Assembly (NCBI GenBank): GCA_030141605.1
Contig: JAQGDQ010000690.1
Span: 1-64,000, forward strand
Source of the DNA: Tubiluchus corallicola
Lineage: Eukaryota > Animalia > Priapulida
Direction of reading: 5' to 3'
Length of the DNA: 64,000 nucleotides
The position numbers were made by a program, and so were the translations under genes. Below, in pieces: positions 59,430 to 64,000 of the stretch. Under the pieces are notes generated by a model. It did not search any database. It was not told where the DNA came from and was given only the letters and a program-made list of their open reading frames with translations. Position 1 is the first letter of the stretch, and each line of letters begins with the position of its first letter.

Positions 59430-62400
59430 TGAAGAACCGGGAGTAACTCGTGTTTGCGTCAGTGTCGTCCCCCAGTAGTTAAAATTAGTGAGGCTCTACT
59501 TTGATAAATACTAGTGCTTTTACTGAAGAACCGGGAGTAACTCGTGTTTGCGTCAGTGTCGTCCCCCTGTAGCTAAAATTAGTGAGGCTCTACTTTGATA
59601 AATACTAGTGCTTTTACTGAAGAACCAGGAGTAACTCGTGTTTGCGTCAGTGGCGTCCCCCTGTAGTTAAAATTAGTGAGGCTCTACTTTGGTAAATACT
59701 AGTGCTTTTACTGAAGAACCAGGAGTAACTTGTGTTTGCGTCAGTGGCGTCCCCCTGTAGTTAAAATTAGTGAGGCTCTACTTTGATAAATACTAGTGCT
59801 TTTACTGAAGAACCGGGAGTAACTCGTGTTTGCGTCAGTGGCGTCTCCCTGTAGCTAAAATTAGTGAGGCTGTGCTTTGATAAATACTAGCGCTTTTACT
59901 GAAGAACCAGGAGTAACTTGTGTTTGCGTCAGTGGCGTCCCCCTGTAGTTAAAATTAGTGAGGCTCTACTTTGGTAAATACTAGTGCTTTTACTGAAGAA
60001 CCGGGAGTAACTTGTGTTTGCGTCAGTGTCGTCTCCCAGTAGTTAAAATTAGTGAGGCTCTACTTTGATAAATACTAGTGCTTTTACTGAAGAACCGGGA
60101 GTAACTCGTGTTTGCGTCAGTGGCGTCTCCCAGTAGTTAAAATTAGTGAGGCTCTACTTTGATAAATACTAGTGCTTTTACTGAAGAACCGGGAGTAACT
60201 CGTGTTTGCATCAGTGGCGTCCCCCAGTAGTTAAAATTAGTGAGGCTCTGCTTTGATAAATACTAGTGCTTTTACTGAAGAACCAGGAGTAACTCGTGTT
60301 TGCATCAGTGTCGTCTCCCTGTAGTTAAAATTAGTGAGGCTCTACTTTGGTAAATACTAGTGCTTTTACTGAAGAACCAGGAGTAACTTGTGTTTGCGTC
60401 AGTGGCGTCCCCCAGTAGTTAAAATTAGTGAGGCTCTGCTTTGATAAATACTAGCGCTTTTACTGAAGAACCGGGAGTAACTCGTGTTTGCGTCAGTGGC
60501 GTCCCCCTGTAGTTAAAATTAGTGAGGCTCTACTTTGGTAAATACTAGTGCTTTTACTGAAGAACCAGGAGTAACTCGTGTTTGCGTCAGTGGCGTCCCC
60601 CAGTAGTTAAAATTAGTGAGGCTCTGCTTTGATAAATACTAGCGCTTTTACTGAAGAACCGGGAGTAACTTGTGTTTGCGTCAGTGTCGTCTCCCTGTAG
60701 CTAAAATTAGTGAGGCTCTACTTTGATAAATACTAGTGCTTTTACTGAAGAACCGGGAGTAACTCGTGTTTGCGTCAGTGGCGTCTCCCAGTAGTTAAAA
60801 TTAGTGAGGCTCTACTTTGATAAATACTAGCGCTTTTACTGAAGAACCGGGAGTAACTTGTGTTTGCGTCAGTGGCGTCTCCCTGTAGCTAAAATTAGTG
60901 AGGCTCTACTTTGATAAATACTAGTGCTTTTACTGAAGAACCGGGAGTAACTCGTGTTTGCGTCAGTGGCGTCTCCCTGTAGTTAAAATTAGTGAGGCTC
61001 TACTTTGGTAAATACTAGTGCTTTTACTGAAGAACCGGGAGTAACTCGTGTTTGCGTCAGTGGCGTCTCCCAGTAGTTAAAATTAGTGAGGCTCTACTTT
61101 GGTAAATACTAGTGCTTTTACTGAAGAACCGGGAGTAACTCGTGTTTGCGTCAGTGTCGTCCCCCAGTAGTTAAAATTAGTGAGGCTCTACTTTGATAAA
61201 TACTAGTGCTTTTACTGAAGAACCAGGAGTAACTCGTGTTTGCATCAGTGGCGTCCCCCAGTAGTTAAAATTAGTGAGGCTCTACTTTGATAAATACTAG
61301 TGCTTTTACTGAAGAACCAGGAGTAACTTGTGTTTGCGTCAGTGGCGTCCCCCAGTAGTTAAAATTAGTGAGGCTCTACTTTGGTAAATACTAGTGCTTT
61401 TACTGAAGAACCAGGAGTAACTCGTGTTTGCATCAGTGGCGTCCCCCAGTAGTTAAAATTAGTGAGGCTCTACTTTGGTAAATACTAGTGCTTTTACTGA
61501 AGAACCGGGAGTAACTCGTGTTTGCGTCAGTGGCGTCTCCCAGTAGTTAAAATTAGTGAGGCTCTACTTTGGTAAATACTAGTGCTTTTACTGAAGAACC
61601 AGGAGTAACTCGTGTTTGCATCAGTGGCGTCTCCCTGTAGTTAAAATTAGTGAGGCTCTACTTTGGTAAATACTAGTGCTTTTACTGAAGAACCGAGTAA
61701 CTCGTGTTTGCGTCAGTGGCGTCTCCCAGTAGTTAAAATTAGTGAGGCTCTACTTTGGTAAATACTAGTGCTTTTACTGAAGAACCGGGAGTAACTCGTG
61801 TTTGCGTCAGTGGCGTCTCCCAGTAGTTAAAATTAGTGAGGCTCTACTTTGGTAAATACTAGTGCTTTTACTGAAGAACCGGGAGTAACTCGTGTTTGCG
61901 TCAGTGGCGTCCCCCAGTAGTTAAAATTAGTGAGGCTCTACTTTGATAAATACTAGCGCTTTTACTGAAGAACCAGGAGTAACTCGTGTTTGCGTCAGTG
62001 GCGTCCCCCAGTAGTTAAAATTAGTGAGGCTCTACTTTGGTAAATACTAGTGCTTTTACTGAAGAACCAGGAGTAACTCGTGTTTGCGTCAGTGGCCTCC
62101 CCCTGTAGTTAAAATTAGTGAGGCTCTACTTTGGTAAATACTAGCGCTTTTACTGAAGAACCGGGAGTAACTCGTGTTTGCATCAGTGGCGTCCCCCAGT
62201 AGTTAAAATTAGTGAGGCTCTACTTTGGTAAATACTAGTGCTTTTACTGAAGAACCAGGAGTAACTCGTGTTTGCATCAGTGGCGTCCCCCAGTAGTTAA
62301 AATTAGTGAGGCTCTACTTTGGTAAATACTAGTGCTTTTACTGAAGAACCGGGAGTAACTCGTGTTTGCGTCAGTGGCGTCTCCCTGTAGTTAAAATTAG

Positions 62401-63722
62401 TGAGGCTCTACTTTGGTAAATACTAGTGCTTTTACTGAAGAACCAGGAGTAACTCGTGTTTGCATCAGTGGCGTCTCCCAGTAGTTAAAATTAGTGAGGC
62501 TCTACTTTGGTAAATACTAGTGCTTTTACTGAAGAACCAGGAGTAACTCGTGTTTGCGTCAGTGGCGTCTCCCAGTAGTTAAAATTAGTGAGGCTCTACT
62601 TTGGTAAATACTAGTGCTTTTACTGAAGAACCAGGAGTAACTCGTGTTTGCGTCAGTGGCGTCTCCCTGTAGTTAAAATTAGTGAGGCTCTACTTTGGTA
62701 AATACTAGTGCTTTTACTGAAGAACCAGGAGTAACTCGTGTTTGCGTCAGTGGCGTCTCCCTGTAGTTAAAATTAGTGAGGCTCTACTTTGGTAAATACT
62801 AGTGCTTTTACTGAAGAACCAGGAGTAACTTGTGTTTGCGTCAGTGGCGTCTCCCTGTAGTTAAAATTAGTGAGGCTCTACTTTGGTAAATACTAGCACT
62901 TTTACTGAAGAACCAGGAGTAACTCGTGTTTGCGTCAGTGGCGTCTCCCTGTAGTTAAAATTAGTGAGGCTCTACTTTGGTAAATACTAGTGCTTTTACT
63001 GAAGAACCGGGAGTAACTCGTGTTTGCGTCAGTGTCGTCTCCCAGTAGTTAAAATTAGTGAGGCTCTACTTTGGTAAATACTAGTGCTTTTACTGAAGAA
63101 CCAGGAGTAACTCGTGTTTGCGTCAGTGGCGTCTCCCAGTAGCTAAAATTAGTGAGGCTCTACTTTGATAAATACTAGTGCTTTTACTGAAGAACCAGGA
63201 GTAACTCGTGTTTGCATCAGTGGCGTCCCCCAGTAGTTAAAATTAGTGAGGCTCTGCTTTGATAAATACTAGTGCTTTTACTGAAGAACCAGGAGTAACT
63301 CGTGTTTGCATCAGTGGCGTCTCCCAGTAGTTAAAATTAGTGAGGCTCTGCTTTGATAAATACTAGTGCTTTTACTGAAGAACCGGGAGTAACTCGTGTT
63401 TGCGTCAGTGGCGTCTCCCAGTAGTTAAAATTAGTGAGGCTCTACTTTGGTAAATACTAGTGCTTTTACTGAAGAACCGGGAGTAACTCGTGTTTGCGTC
63501 AGTGGCGTCTCCCTGTAGCTAAAATTAGTGAGGCTCTGCTTTGATAAATACTAGCACTTTTACTGAAGAACCAGGAGTAACTCGTGTTTGCGTCAGTGGC
63601 ATCTCCCTGTAGTTAAAATTAGTGAGGCTCTACTTTGGTAAATACTAGTGCTTTTACTGAAGAACCGGGAGTAACTCGTGTTTGCGTCAGTGTCGTCCCC
63701 CTGTAGTTAAAATTAGTGAGGC
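59430..63722. repeat. 94-bp tandem satellite (~45.7 units) within an XRN2 intron
   Basis: Unit tgaagaaccgggagtaactcgtgtttgcgtcagtggcgtc...tactagtgcttttac; period 94. Confidence 0.97.
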
Positions 63723-63842
63723 GCTGCTTAAGAAAATTTTTGATAATTGTTTTAATATTGTGTAAAACAAAACAAACATATAAAAAGAAATTTTAGTCAA
63801 GAAGAAACACTGCCTTACACTTGCGCAACATTGCCGGACACT

Positions 63843-63985
63843 GCGCGAGTGACAGTGCTCTCTCTACCTTGCATGCAGCCTCTTGTCTCGGACATGTGCG
63901 CGTGGCCGCATGCGCGAGTGACAGTGCTCTCTCTACCTTGCATGCAGCCTCTTGTCTCGGACATGTGCGCGTGGCCGCATGCGCG
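63843..63985. repeat. 69-bp direct duplication
   Basis: gcgcgagtgacagtg...gtggccgcat x2. Confidence 0.9.
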
Positions 63986-64000
63986 CAACAACCTACCACC

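Noticed and set aside
59430-63722. CRISPR array, hammerhead array or C/D snoRNA cluster
   Set aside because: No unique spacers and eukaryotic context; ctgaaga is not followed by stem II plus GAAA; no consistent C box in the unit.

Overview
AT-rich, repeat-dense animal (probably invertebrate) genomic DNA, not prokaryotic. Two conserved spliced genes face away from each other. NRDE2 is on the minus strand: 10 phase-consistent coding exons traced from ATG 21703 down to 5743, about 1070 aa, last exons not found in the window. XRN2 is on the plus strand: 15 coding exons from ATG 39094 to 58832, about 562 aa, continuing beyond the window. Between them lie three tandem, intronless 591-aa ankyrin-repeat genes, each ending in a FEM1-like BC/Cul2-box followed by a CaaX motif. 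Introns and spacers contain a full-length 5S-derived SINE with a 13-bp TSD, a solo LTR, many MITEs (TA, TTAA, 8-bp and 6-bp TSD classes), LINE remnants and large tandem arrays (113, ~38, 94, 44, 30 and 15 bp units). Most notable: the ankyrin-BC box-CaaX cluster, the 5S SINE with a possible pseudoknot, a duplicated half-exon in NRDE2, an 18-nt catalytic microexon and a five-fold duplicated splice donor in XRN2, and a satellite built from the coding 3' end of an RTE-like LINE. Most short ORFs in the supplied track are repeat artefacts. All calls were made by eye; no database searches were run.
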